64,000 nucleotides of DNA from Eledone cirrhosa. Its lineage: Eukaryota. Positions 1 to 12,179 of the stretch are shown one piece after another. Positions within the stretch are counted from its first letter, which is position 1. Each line of letters opens with the position of its first letter. The DNA is taken from positions 229,896,001 to 229,960,000 of the forward strand of contig OZ024741.1 in assembly GCA_964016885.1 (NCBI GenBank), given 5' to 3'. Under the pieces are notes generated by a model, which did not search any database, was not told where the DNA came from, and worked only from the letters and a program-made list of their open reading frames with translations. The position numbers and the translations under genes are program-made.

Positions 1-125
1 CTGAGTGAACTGGAGCAATGCGAAATAAAGTGTCTTGCACAAGTACACAATGTGCTACCAGGAATTGAACTCATGGCATTACGGTTGTAAGCCAAATATC
101 ATAACCACAAAGCCATGTGCCTTCA
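1..125 (-). mobile_element. tRNA-derived SINE, 5' (head) portion
   Basis: Plus strand reads gaaataaagtgtcttgcacaagtacacaa...ggaattgaactc...taaccacaaagccat; the reverse complement carries A-box/B-box-like motifs (tggctttgtggtta, gagttcaattcc). A related copy lies at 13345-13566. Confidence 0.7.
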
Positions 126-836
<711 letters not shown>

Positions 837-837
837 T

Positions 838-875
<38 letters not shown>

Positions 876-1089
876 CAAAATATTAATAAATGAAAAATAT
901 TCTCATAACAAAAAATATATATTTTATTATACATATTTCAAAGGTACAATGGTGTTTCAGTACGTTTTCATCAGATAAAATATGAGAGATTGGATATGCG
1001 ACACACCGCTAAGGTTTTGATTATTCATATATATATATATATATATTTCTATGTGTGTATGTGTGTATGTATGTATGTATGTATGTATG

Positions 1090-1225
1090 TGTGTCAGGTC
1101 GCTCTTGAGTGCTACCGGTAACATGTAACCTAGTACAACCTGTCTCATAGTCGGGTTGTTGGTGACTAAACCTGCAACCCACCAATCTTGCTTGGTGAGG
1201 AGGGTGATATTTGGAGGGCGAAATA
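1090..1225 (+). mobile_element. Interspersed repeat, probably a LINE 5'UTR or SINE fragment
   Basis: gtcaggtc...ggtaacatgta...gtacaacctgtctcat-gtcggg...cttggtgaggagggtga also occurs inverted at ~8600-8725. Confidence 0.6.
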
Positions 1226-1257
1226 CAAGATATTTGAAAGGCGGAGGAACTCATACC

Positions 1258-1418
1258 TTTGGTATGTGTGAAGTAACGTGCTGTTGTTTAGGAGCTGAAG
1301 GAGACAGATGCGACATCGATGACCATAAACGGTGCACATATTTTGTTGGATTTGGAAGTTCCTGTGGCGAAACAGGAGCGATCATTTGCCCGGGTAGAGC
1401 GAGTACCATGCCATAAAC
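1258..1418 (-). mobile_element. Gypsy/Ty3 LTR-retrotransposon integrase C-terminal fragment
   Basis: VYGMVLALPGQMIAP...PTKYVHRLWSSMSHLSPSAPKQQHVTSHIPK resembles the Gypsy integrase 'LVYGxxLxLPG...YVxRL..M..L.P..P' segment. Confidence 0.6.
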
Positions 1419-1435
1419 TTTGAATTTTTTTTTTT

Positions 1436-1892
1436 TCATGCGTTTTTTTTTTTTTTTTTTTTTTTTTATTAAAGCATATAGATGTAAGTGCAGTTACTTA
1501 AATGAAATTACTTTTTTTTTTTTTTATTAAAGCATATAGATGTAAGTGGAGTTACTTAAATGGAAATATCACGCGTTTTTTTTAAAAAAATGTTTATTAA
1601 AGCATATCGATGTAAGTGGATTTACTTAAATGAAAATATAGGTGGCCCTTAAAAGGGCCAAATTAGAAAACAAATTTAAGTTAATTAGAAAACAAGTCAT
1701 GGTTATCAAATAAATTGGATTTAATCATTTATATTTTCATAGTCATGGTTATCAATGTAGAAAATAATTTCATTTAAGTAACTCCACTTACATCTATATG
1801 CTTTAATAAAAAAAAAAAAAATTTTTTTTAAATTAAAAAAACGCGTGAAAAAAATTAAAAAAATTTCATTTAAGTAACTCCACTTACGCGTG
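1436..1892. repeat. Foldback cluster of a ~45-bp unit (three direct copies, two inverted copies)
   Basis: tttattaaagcatatagatgtaagtggagttacttaaatgaaa occurs at ~1465, ~1523 and ~1593; its reverse complement occurs at ~1768-1810 and, partially, at ~1863-1887. Confidence 0.85.
1641..1659 (-). other. Histone-mRNA-type 3' stem-loop motif (orphan)
   Basis: Reverse complement is GGCCCT-TTTA-AGGGCC-ACC: a 6-bp stem, UUUA loop and ACC 3' flank, matching the replication-dependent histone stem-loop consensus. There is no histone ORF nearby. Confidence 0.55.
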
Positions 1893-2046
1893 GTAGTAAT
1901 ACGGAAATAAACGATGTTTTGCTTTAATCGGCTGCTTCGACTGACAGCTAATAGCGTTGTAATGCCGTTTTTTTTTTGTGTGTGTGTGTTATCAACTAAT
2001 CTGACCTCTAAAATGCAAACAATCGCCCTTTCTCCTCGGAAAACGG

Positions 2047-2097
2047 TAACCCTAACCTTAACTCTAACCCTAACTCTGACTCTAACCCTAACCCTAA
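2047..2097. repeat. Interstitial degenerate telomeric repeat (TAACCC)n
   Basis: taaccctaaccttaactctaaccctaactctgactctaaccctaaccctaa, about 8 hexamers. Confidence 0.8.
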
Positions 2098-2189
2098 TTT
2101 TAAAAAAAAAAAAATCGATAATAGGTATTGTGTAAATAAAACTGTTTTTTTAATGCATATTTTGGAATTTACGTTAAAATCATTTATAA

Positions 2190-2840
2190 ATTCGCACATA
2201 AATGCCGTTGCGGGGAGGTCGTTGACAAGTTCAACCTGCACCTACTGTCTTGTCGCCAGAACGCAGACCGGTTCCCCCGGCATGCCGCTCTCGATGACAT
2301 ATTGAGGAGCTTGGACGCAACTGGCTTCCCATCGCAACTGGAGACAACAGGCCTCGACCGCGGAAGTGGCAAGCGCCCCGACAGAATTACCCTCTTCCCA
2401 TTCGAAGGAGATAGATCCCTCTTCTGGACACCACATGTTGTGACCGCCTCCAACTTAGTTGCTTTGGCCACAAACCCCGGTACTGCAGCTAATAATGCAG
2501 AGGAAATGAAGGCAAACAAATACCGGGGATTGTCCGGCTGCTTTCTCTTCGCACCGGTCGCCATTGAGACCTCAGGCTTACTTGAACGCCGTACTGCCGT
2601 TTTTCTCCACAAGATCGAAACGCCAACAGCTCGCCTGAGGAAGGAGCCCCGCGAGATGGGGAGAACTGTTGCAGCAGGTGTCACTGGCCATTGTCCGAGG
2701 AAATACTTTTTGCGGTCTTGTCCGCTGTACGTAGCCCCAACACCGCCGCGTCCTAGGCCGATCACCCTTGTCTTTCCCTTTGCTTTCCGTTTTTAAATAT
2801 CTGTAGTGTTTTTCTAATTATTTTATAGTCATTTATTCAT
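2190..2840 (+). mobile_element. RLE-type (CRE/NeSL-like) non-LTR retrotransposon, 3' fragment
   Basis: HLLSCRQNADRFPRHAALDDILRSL...GKRPDRITLFPF...LFW...AEEMKANKY...FAPVAIETSG corresponds to the zinc-knuckle remnant and restriction-like endonuclease (RPD, KY, E motifs). It is frameshifted. Confidence 0.8.
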
Positions 2841-2854
2841 GTAGTTACTCATTT

Positions 2855-3375
2855 ATTGTTTTATTAAAGAAATGTTCCTATTATAATAAATTGATCTATA
2901 TAAAAAAGAAGTTATACAATGATGAAAATATGAAAAAAGAAAGAAAAAAGCAAAATTAAGTAATAAGAAAAGGGGAAAGAGGTAAATAAGGACAGATCTG
3001 GCCGTATGGGAAAGTGGAGGAAAGGACTCTAAATGCCATAAATGAGAAGAAAAGGAGGGGGAAAGCAAGGACTCATTGGCCACAAGAAAAGAAGGAGAAG
3101 AGGAGAGGGTGACGGGCTCTGGGCAGCACCCCGTGATGGGTGTCTGCCTTGGGTGTTTGGGCAGCACCCCGTGGACAGAACTGCAAAGGCATTTCCGCAG
3201 ACAAAGGTCAACGACACTCACTGCAACAGCCACCCCACCTTGCGGGGCTCCTTCCTCATACGGGCTGCTGGCGTTCCGATTTTGCGGAGGAATTCGGCAA
3301 TACGGGTCCGAGGGCGCCTAGGGTCTCGACATCGACTAGTGCGAAGAAGAAGCGGCCGGACAAGCAATTTTAAAA
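2855..3375 (-). mobile_element. Second, diverged RLE-type non-LTR 3' fragment, tail-to-tail with the first
   Basis: The reverse complement of 3170-3365 (ttgtccggccgcttcttcttcgcac...gaggaaggagccccgc...gtctgcggaaatgc) aligns by eye to 2530-2710 and is followed by a pyrimidine-rich 3'UTR. Confidence 0.75.
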
Positions 3376-3845
3376 ACGTAAGTTATGAACTACACGATAC
3401 TTTCATTTCTGATGTATCAACAACGAAATAACACCCTTATGTATGTATGCATGTATGTGTGTGTGTGGGGGGGGGGGCATGTGTTTGAATGAAACGTAAC
3501 AAGTTTTAGTTTTATCGCAGCCTTAGACAAGATTCTTTATTTTCTGAGGTTCGTGTCTGATTACCTCGCCCTGTTGAGCTAATTAATTGGTCGATTGTAC
3601 CGAAATATTTTCACAAATTCAGAAACAATTTTCACAAATAACTAACAATTCTAATTTATCGAACAAAATATTCAAAAAGTAAAGATTTACGACAAAAAAA
3701 CAAAGACCAAAAAAAAAACAGGTACCTTTCAGTTTCATTCACTTTCATTTTTTTTTAAACACCCCCTTCTTTATAATAAAAATAAGTTAATCTAGTTATA
3801 TCTATACATGGTTTATGTGTAGTATAAATAGATAACATTACTATA

Positions 3846-4137
3846 AATCCCGCCGAGGTTAACTTTGCCTTGAACTCTGTCTCTTTACGGTCTGAGTTCA
3901 AATCCCGCCGAGGTTAACTTAAAGCACCAGTAATACACTAGCATAATTGTTGGCATTGTGCCAAAAGTAGAAACAATTATTATATTAATAATTTATTTTA
4001 TCGACCTCGTAAGGATGAAATTATTATATTAATAATTGTTTCTACTTTTTGGCACCAGGCCAACAATTATACCAGTGTATTACTGGTACTTTATTTTATC
4101 GACCCCGTAAGGATGAAAGGCAAAGTTAACTTCGGCA
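3846..4137. mobile_element. Cluster of rearranged SINE fragments
   Basis: Contains ctgagttcaaatcccgccgaggttaact, tactggtactttattttatcgaccccgtaaggatgaaaggcaaagttaac and ggcaccaggccaacaatt in both orientations. Related pieces lie at 4535-4640, 19012-19230 and 36875-36935. Confidence 0.7.
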
Positions 4138-4759
4138 AGTGTATACGGTGCAGACAGGTTTTCACATCACACTGTTAGGAGAATTTAGTACCTAAATCGA
4201 AACATGACCATAACTATTACGACGATGATGATGATGATGATGATGGCGGTGGTGGTAATGGGGATGTGTCCTTACCAGAAAAAATCGGTCATAAAACTTC
4301 CAACAACTACAACATCCATGGTTGATCAATCGGTCTGTCGGTGCGGCTATATAGTTTTAAAGTTGGTTTACAGTAAATGTGGGGAATGTATATTTCAAAG
4401 AAATAACTTGAAATATACCGTCTGCATGAGGGGAAAGCAGAATGAGAGATGGTGGTCTGTTTGTCGCTTATATCACTGATAATCAATCTATTAAGACGCA
4501 CACACATACACACGGTGACAGTGTAACTATAACGGTTTCTGATTTACGCACAGGCCAGCAATTTGGGGGGAGGAGAAAGGCGATTAAATACCACTCACTG
4601 CATGACTGGTACTTTATTTAATCGACCCCGTAAGGATAATACTTATTCTGTCTACTTTTTTTTTAAAACCTAATTATATTAGTTATATAGTTTCCTATGA
4701 TATTAGCAGTGTGCAAAGCTCTGAGGTCTTGAGTTTTTATCCCTAATATATATATATAT

Positions 4760-5004
4760 CAGGGGCGGCGGAACTAAGGGAACATGGCTTCCCCAATAGT
4801 TATATTTTTCTCCCAAAACTACCAAAACATATCTATTTGTATATACCCTACAGTTTATGTACGTTATATTTATCCCATATCGAAGATTTTTATATCTTGG
4901 TAGATATTTGATAACTGCGAAACTAATCACTATAACTAAATTGACCAAATGTACCCCCCCCCCCCCAAACCCCCACCAATTCAGAAATGCTTCCACCGTC
5001 CCTG
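4760..5004. mobile_element. hAT-like MITE
   Basis: Imperfect TIRs caggggcggcggaa ... ttccaccgtccctg, sitting in a TA-rich site. Confidence 0.55.
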
Positions 5005-5999
5005 TATATAAATATGTGTGTGTTCAGTATTTCCGCAGAATACGTAAAAGAGGGAGGGAGAGAGAGAGTCGTTTACTGCACTACAGTATTTCTGTTTAAT
5101 TGTTTACAAACCTCTGCACGAGACCTTGATGTTGTTGTCAACAACTGGTTAACTGTTATCTTTTTATTTCACATACAGTAACAATCAGGCCAAACTCAAG
5201 AATTACAACTCTCTTTCTCTCGTTCTCTCCCTCTTAAGAAGCGGTACTATTACTCACCCTGATAAATATTATACTAGTCCAGTACTAGGAGTGATTTTTC
5301 TTCTATCTCTCATTATCTCTTTCTTTCTCTCCTTATCTGGAAGAAACCGACTGTGTTCCAGCTTGACCTTCGATGATGGTCTCTGCCAGGTTAAAAACGC
5401 CCAAGTGTATCAAGACGACTCCCCTACAAGTCCATCAAGAGTTAAGGGCCCTCTGTGTCTATTAACAAGGAATCAAGTGTGCTAGTTTATCTTCATTAAG
5501 ACTTGGTCATCATCTCACTCCTACTTATTACATTCCTCTTTACCATGATAAACGAGTTTAAGACTGGCTGTCTATGGATACATTTATTTGTTGATGTGGT
5601 GAAGCGAAGTTTTGGTTGTTGTAGAAGAAATAATGTACACGTAAAATACAAACAATTCTGGTTGAATATATATATCTTTACTTCACTTCAGCAAAAAGGG
5701 GAAAAAATATGATTACTTTGAATCGTAAATATAAAGTTTGATTATAGTATTCACAAGTGAATATAGTGTTCAACAAGGATTCTGTGTTGTACAGGAGTCT
5801 CTTTGTTTACCGTGGGATGTTCCCTTAAAAAGTGACAAGTTGTAGTCAGGCAGTATGTACCAGCAACGGTAGTAGTAAACTGTGTAATGGTGAAGTTGTG
5901 TTTGGAATTGTGTTGTCTCGAAGAGGCAGATGACTAACTGTTAGGACAACAGGACAGCCTATTTAGAATTGTTTTTACTTTTGGCATAAGGCCAGCAGT

Positions 6000-8190
6000 T
6001 AGCCATGTTTCACTTCCGTACAAGAGTGTGGACAGCACGTTGCTGTTGTAGAATCTCATCTTTGTTTTGAGGGTGAACTTCCTGCTCTTCCAGATCTTGA
6101 CAAGCTGGTTAAATGCTGCTGAAGCCTTTCCCATTCTACATTGCAATTCACTGTCCATGACGCCCCCATTGTCAATGGAGCTTCCTAGGTAGGTGAAGTT
6201 GTCCACTATCTGCACCTCCCTCTGTTCAATGAAAACACTAGTTGGTGATGGGTGTGTCCCAGATAACATGCTTTTGGTCTTCTTAGCACTGATATTGAGA
6301 CCTAAGCTTCCTGCTTCGACACTGATATTGTTCATAATGATTTGCAGGTCAGCTGTGCTCTCTGCAAGTGCAACAATATCGTCCGCAAAGTCCAGGTCAG
6401 ACAACTTTTGCTCTCCCACCCAAGATATACCCTGGTCTTTAGACGCTCTTCTTAGTACCCAGTCAATGGCTATGGCAAAGAGAATTGGAGAGAGCGAGCA
6501 ACCCTGACGCACACCAGTAACCACCCCAAACCAGTCACTGTAACCATCCTCTGTCCATATGCAGCACTTGGAGTTTGCGTAAATCTGTTTGATTGCTGAA
6601 ATGACTTTCTGGGGCAGACCATACTCATGCATGATGCTCCAGAGTGACGGTCGATGAATGCTATCGAATGCTTTGGAGAAATCGATGAAACTGACGGTGA
6701 GGGGCCTCTGGAATTCGTTGTACCTCTCAATGATGCGGCGTAACGTAAAGATCTGCTCTGCACAGGAACGTTTTGGTCGGAACCCTGCCTGTTGTTCTCG
6801 CAGTTCCCGGTCTACCATGCCACGTATGCGGTTCAGGATCATCAGACAATAGACCTTCCCTGGTATGGAGAGAAGTGTCACTCCCCTCCAGTTGCCCTTC
6901 TTGGGGAATCAGACAACCGCTCCATTTCTCCAATCTTCTGGGACTTCACCCATGTTCCACACAAGATTACATAAGTGGCCCATCCACTTGACCATGCTTT
7001 CGCCTCCTGACTTCAGCATTTCAGCTTGGTAGTGTCAAAACGCCTTGTAGTGAGTGCTCTCTTCTTCTGCTTCCTCAGTCTGATTTTAAGTTTGGTAACA
7101 GACAGATAGTGGTCACTGCAGACATCTGCGCCCCGGTAGACTCAGACGTCCTGCAGGCAAGGAGCTCTCCAACTTGGGCCACTCGCAATGTGGTCTATTT
7201 GCGTCTTGGTCCTGTGGTCGTTCGAAGCCCATGTGACCTTGTGGATGTTCTTGTGGTCAAATAGTGACGAGCCGATTTTCATATTGTTCATGGCACAGAA
7301 CTGGACAAACCTGTCCCCGTTGTCCGTGCGGTTTCCATAAGCATGGGGGCCAAGGACATGTTCAAAGCCAACCCTGCTTCCCCCCGATCTGTGCGTTCAT
7401 GTCTCCCATGATGATCAGGATGTTATGACGTGGGGTTTTGTTTACAACATCTTGTAGTTGCTGGTAGAAAGCGTCCTTGTCATCATCGTTATGTTCATTG
7501 GTTGGAGCATAGCACTGAGCTATGGTGACCTTTGCATGTGATGTGGTGAATCTTGCTGTCATTAGGCGTTCGTTGACAGGAGTCCACTCCTCAAGGGCAC
7601 CACTGGCAGCCCTGTCCATGATGATTACAACTCCATCTCGGTGGGTCCCGTTCTGACGGCCTGAGAACAGGATGGTCTTGTTTTCATGGACAAACTTCCC
7701 AGAGTCAGTCCAGCGAACCTCGCTGAGGCCCAGGATCTTAATTTTGTAGGCCTCCATTTCTCCGATAATTTGCGCAAGTTTGGATGGTTGGTACAGAGTT
7801 CTTATGTTTCAATATCCAATACGTGTGGTTGTTTTTGCAGACAGAATTCTGGTCCTCAGGATGTCGGCTTTCGCCGACACCCGTCATACAATCTCCGGTT
7901 AGAGACAACCGTTCTCCTGACTGCTTGGAATTTAAATCTGATGCACTATGAATTGTTTTCGTAGCAGGAGAGTTTTTCCGGGAACAGGTCGCTAACTTGA
8001 AGCCCAACCACTGACATTTAGTAAAGAGACAGTAAGTGGAGTAGTCTCTGGTAGAACTGCAAACCGATGGCCGCGGAATATGGTGTTGGTCGCCTTCAGT
8101 CCTGTACCGGTGCCGAAGGAGGATTTCCTTCTGCTTTAACGAGTACAGCCACTACCTTACATCCATGTAGGAGAACCCCTACCGATGTGC
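6000..8190 (-). mobile_element. RTE-clade LINE, internally deleted and 3'-truncated
   Basis: APE endonuclease (LGLSEVRW, QCYAPT, MGDMNA; 7362-7830) and RT (EQQAGFR, FIDFSKAFDS, GVRQGCSLSP, FADD, YLGS, LLYGSETW; ORF 5934-6881). The EN-RT linker is missing near 7030. Confidence 0.92.
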
Positions 8191-8429
8191 TGAACGAGTG
8201 TGGCTTTTTAGTCCAGCCAGAGACCTGAACACTCTGGTACAAACACTACACTTGTGACAATTATTGACACATAGTGCTGAGCCCATGGTACCATGTGACG
8301 ACAAGTGCAGAGAGATCTCCAGATACAAAGCAATGCCTGTGCCATGAAGCTTTTATAGTGAGCAAAGGCACTGCACAAAGCCAGTCCCACTCTCTTAACC
8401 AAGATGATATTTACCAAAGAGAAGAACAA

Positions 8430-8730
8430 GTCAACATCATTGGATACCACCAGGGTTGCAGGTGTTATATCAGAGTTTTCCTTCTAGAATTCTGCCTTGA
8501 CAAAGGCTAAGGGGTCATCTCTCCCGGTGATTTTGGATGGCTATTGACTCTTAAGAGCTCCTTTGCCCTTTGACAGGTTTTGTTTTTAGTCCTGCAGGAT
8601 GTCCAAAGTCACCCTCCTCACCAAGAAACCTTGGTGGTGTTGCCAGTTTAGTCGCCAACGACCCGACCATGAGACAGGTTGTACTGGGATACATGTTACC
8701 AGTAGCACCAACTGGTGACCTGACATACAT
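8430..8730 (-). mobile_element. LINE 5'UTR-like repeat, same family as 1090-1225
   Basis: Inverted match to 1090-1225, plus the RTE-UTR-like motif tagaaggaaaactctga on the minus strand. Confidence 0.5.
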
Positions 8731-8824
8731 TTTTTCATAACACATCGCCCAGTTCAAAAATCGAACTGGCAACCTCATGATTGAGAAACCAATTTTTTAA
8801 CCACTAAGCCATGCACCTATATGT

Positions 8825-9200
8825 AGGAAAGAAGACACAATCATAATTCCATCTGGGAAATAGCCATGATTAATTTGCAGAAAAAGAGTAGGCAGAAACT
8901 CCATTCAAAGCATCCAATGTAAACTGTGAGATATGGTGGTATTACAAGCAAGGGAACAGAGAAAAAGGAGATTTTATGTGCGACAGATGCACAGACAGGA
9001 TTCTACTGACATTCAAGAAAAGGCTTTGCTCAATATGCAAAAAGGGAGTGGGTAAAACCTCCATACAGTTCATCCATTGTAAACTATTGGTAGACAAGAG
9101 ATATCACGGGATTGCAGGCAGACTAATAGAGAAAAGATATTTTGTGAAAGGCTCCAGTGAAATAAATTATTTCCAAAATAAAGAGACACAAAAAGGAAGA
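8825..9200 (+). mobile_element. Degenerate RTE RT fragments (two adjacent PHD-finger-coding pieces)
   Basis: CSICKKGVGKTSIQFIHCKLLVDKRYHGIAGRL matches the RTE segment at 17725-17865; a second, more decayed copy lies at ~8860-8995. Confidence 0.65.
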
Positions 9201-9301
9201 ATCAATTTCACAATATTTAATTGACATGCTTAGAGGAAAAACACAAATCTTTGTTCGTAAAGTGAAAGTTCTTGATACCCCCCCCCCCCACACACACACT
9301 G

Positions 9302-9348
<47 letters not shown>

Positions 9349-9553
9349 AGCTATCTTCCCTACTAACCTACATGATAAACTATATTTTACATACACATGC
9401 CCACACATGCATGTACGCACACACTAGTGAATGTTAGGGGTGCTAGTTATTTCTAACAAGCAGTTAGACACAGTAACAGATTAAAGGTTAAAGATAAAAC
9501 AACAATACTGACAACACAATTAACAAGGTGAGGAATAGAGAAAGACTCTACAT

Positions 9554-9864
9554 CAGGGGTTCCCAACTTCTTTATGCCATAATCATCTGCTCACTTTCTC
9601 ATGGAAAAATTTTCCACTGCCCACCTGTATAGTAAATATTCAAAAGTATACCAAAACTGCTTGGTAAAAGTAACCGGTTTATTATTCCCATTTAGCGTCG
9701 TGATTTTTTGATTTTTTTATACAGGTTCTTTGCATATCTCTTATGAATGTTTTCTTCAGGTAGATTCTGTTGAAATATCTTCTTAATACTCAAAACTCTA
9801 TATCTTCCACCAAAATTTCCAATCACCCACCGGTGGGCGATATCACCCAGGTTGGGAAACCCTA
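9554..9864. mobile_element. hAT (Charlie-like) MITE
   Basis: TIRs caggggttcccaac ... gttgggaaaccct(a). No clean 8-bp TSD. Confidence 0.7.
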
Positions 9865-10274
9865 TACTACAGCTATCTTCCCTACTGATTTACATATATA
9901 AGCTATACTTTACATACACATGCTCACCAACACACACACAGACTAATGTATATGGTTTATTTCTAACAAGAAGTCCAATAGAGCAACAGGTTAAAGGTAA
10001 AACAACAACACTGCCAACTCACTAAGACCCACCAGCCCCAAGTGAGAAGTAAAGAGAGCCTCTCCATGGTTTCTTGATATGTTAGGGATAGCCTATCAAA
10101 TATCCCTCAAATTACAATCTGACCATGTATGGTTAGGTGTGTGGGGGTTTAATAAGCATAATGCTTTCAGTTATTAAGCCAAGAAAAGGAACTAGGAAGA
10201 AAAGGGAAATAAAAAAGAAGAAAATAAAACACTCTACTCCCTCTCTTTCTAAACAAGCCCCACTACCTTACTAT

Positions 10275-11120
10275 TAACACTACTACCACAACACCACCAC
10301 ATCTACCATAATACAATCATCACTACTATGACACCACTACTACCACAACACCACCACCACTACCATACAATACCACCACAGCTACCATAATACAATCATC
10401 AATACTATGACACCACCACTACTAATACAACAACAACACCATCACCAACACACCACCACCACTACTACCACAACACAACCACAGCTACCGTGATACAATA
10501 ACACTACCACTACTAATACAACACCACCATCCCTACCACAACACCACCACCACTACCACAATACCACCACAGCTACCATAATACAATCATCAATACTATG
10601 ACACCACCACCACTAATACAACAACAACACCATCACCAACACACGACCACCACTACTACCACAACACAACCACAGCTACCATGATACAATAACACTACCA
10701 CTACTAATACAACACCACCATCCCTCCCACAACACCACCACTACTACCACAATACCACCACAGCTACCATAATACAATCATCACTACTATGACACCACCA
10801 CTACCACAATACTACTATCGTTACTACAACACCACACCACTATCACAATACTAACTCCATTACAACATCACCACCACTACTACTACAACAACCCCACTCA
10901 TACAGTCACCACTACATCCACCAACACTACCACAACACCCTCCCAGTGTCACCACCACCACCACTACCACTGCTATTACCATCACACTATCACTATCTCT
11001 ACTACCATCATACCACCAAAGGCTCTACTACGATCATACCACCAACAGCTCTACTACCATCATACCACCAACAGCTCTACTACCATCATACCACCACCAC
11101 CACCACTACTACTGTCACTA
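10275..11120. repeat. ACC/ACT-rich minisatellite with ~191-bp periodicity
   Basis: gctaccataatacaatcatc recurs at 10381, 10572 and 10763. Confidence 0.85.
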
Positions 11121-11574
11121 ACAAAAACAATGAATGGTTGTCTTCCATGTTAACTGGTGATTTAGTACAGAGAGGGGTAATCCTTGAGATGTTTGGGGAG
11201 TCCAGTAATTAAGTAATGAAGAGTTTAATTAGCACTTCATAATGAATGTGTGAATTTGTATCTAGTTAACTACTCTAATTAGATTAATCAACTACAGTAA
11301 TTAGATGTAAGAAAAATGACCTCCAGGTAAACTTATTTATTCATTTATTTAGTTATTATTCATATGTCAAGAATTAAAAATAATTTATTTATTAACTTTA
11401 GAGAGAAAGTTGACATTTGACATATTTTACAAGGTTTTTAATATGTGGTGGCATCTGATGATGTAATAACTCCTAAATTGTCTTTGTTTTTGATTTTGAC
11501 AGCTTTTGGTTTTCATATGAAGGAAAATGTTGTTCACCTTCTGGCAAGGTACACAGTTTTAATAATAAAATGAT

Positions 11575-12178
11575 AATGAAAATTATTGTGTACAGTGCTC
11601 AGATGCCCTACAACTCATCGAAGGTGCATATATAACACATGGAATTCAAAAAGGTGCTCAGGGTTGTTGTTGAAAAGATGGTTAATAGTTTTGTAGGTGA
11701 TTACCAAGTCATCTGCCAGACATTGGAGCTTTAATGTATCTATTCCCAGGGCGGCAAGGCGTTCAAAGTATGGTAGATGGCTGATGGAAGGTATTCACTT
11801 CATTGCATGTCTCTGAACAGTTTCCAGATCAATATTCTGAGCAAGATAGGGGTTCCAGGCTGGTGATGCAAATTCTAAGTGTGGACGCACCAAGCTATAT
11901 ACAGCTTTAAATAGATAGCTGGAGAGCGGTTGACAAAGGTCTTACTGAATAATGCCAAGACACCCTAAGCCTTCTTGACAATTTTAGAGATGTGCTTTGT
12001 TCAATGCAAATCGCTGTTAACAATAATACCCAGGCCATGCTCACAAGAAGACTTCTTGAGATTGGTGCTGTGGAGTTGAATATGTGAATGCTGGGTTTTC
12101 TTCCCAGAAAACATGGTGGTACACTTGTCCACAGCTAGCTTGAGTTGCCAGTCCATAATCCATTGCTGCATTGAAGCA
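11575..12178 (-). mobile_element. CR1/L2-group LINE, 3' RT fragment
   Basis: The minus strand reads LFKAVYSLVRPHLEFASPAWNPYLAQNIDLETVQR, the typical CR1/L2 RT C-terminal motif, with stops and frameshifts. Confidence 0.8.
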
Positions 12179-12179
12179 A

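Noticed and set aside
1251-1439. Candidate RBKS upstream exon (AAG|gtatga donor-like site at ~1257)
   Set aside because: The peptide resembles Gypsy integrase, not ribokinase, and there is no acceptor or start context.
5245-5275. Strong minus-strand donor-like site (G|gtgagta) as a possible end of RBKS exon 1
   Set aside because: The adjacent sequence does not encode the expected VVGS..DL motif.
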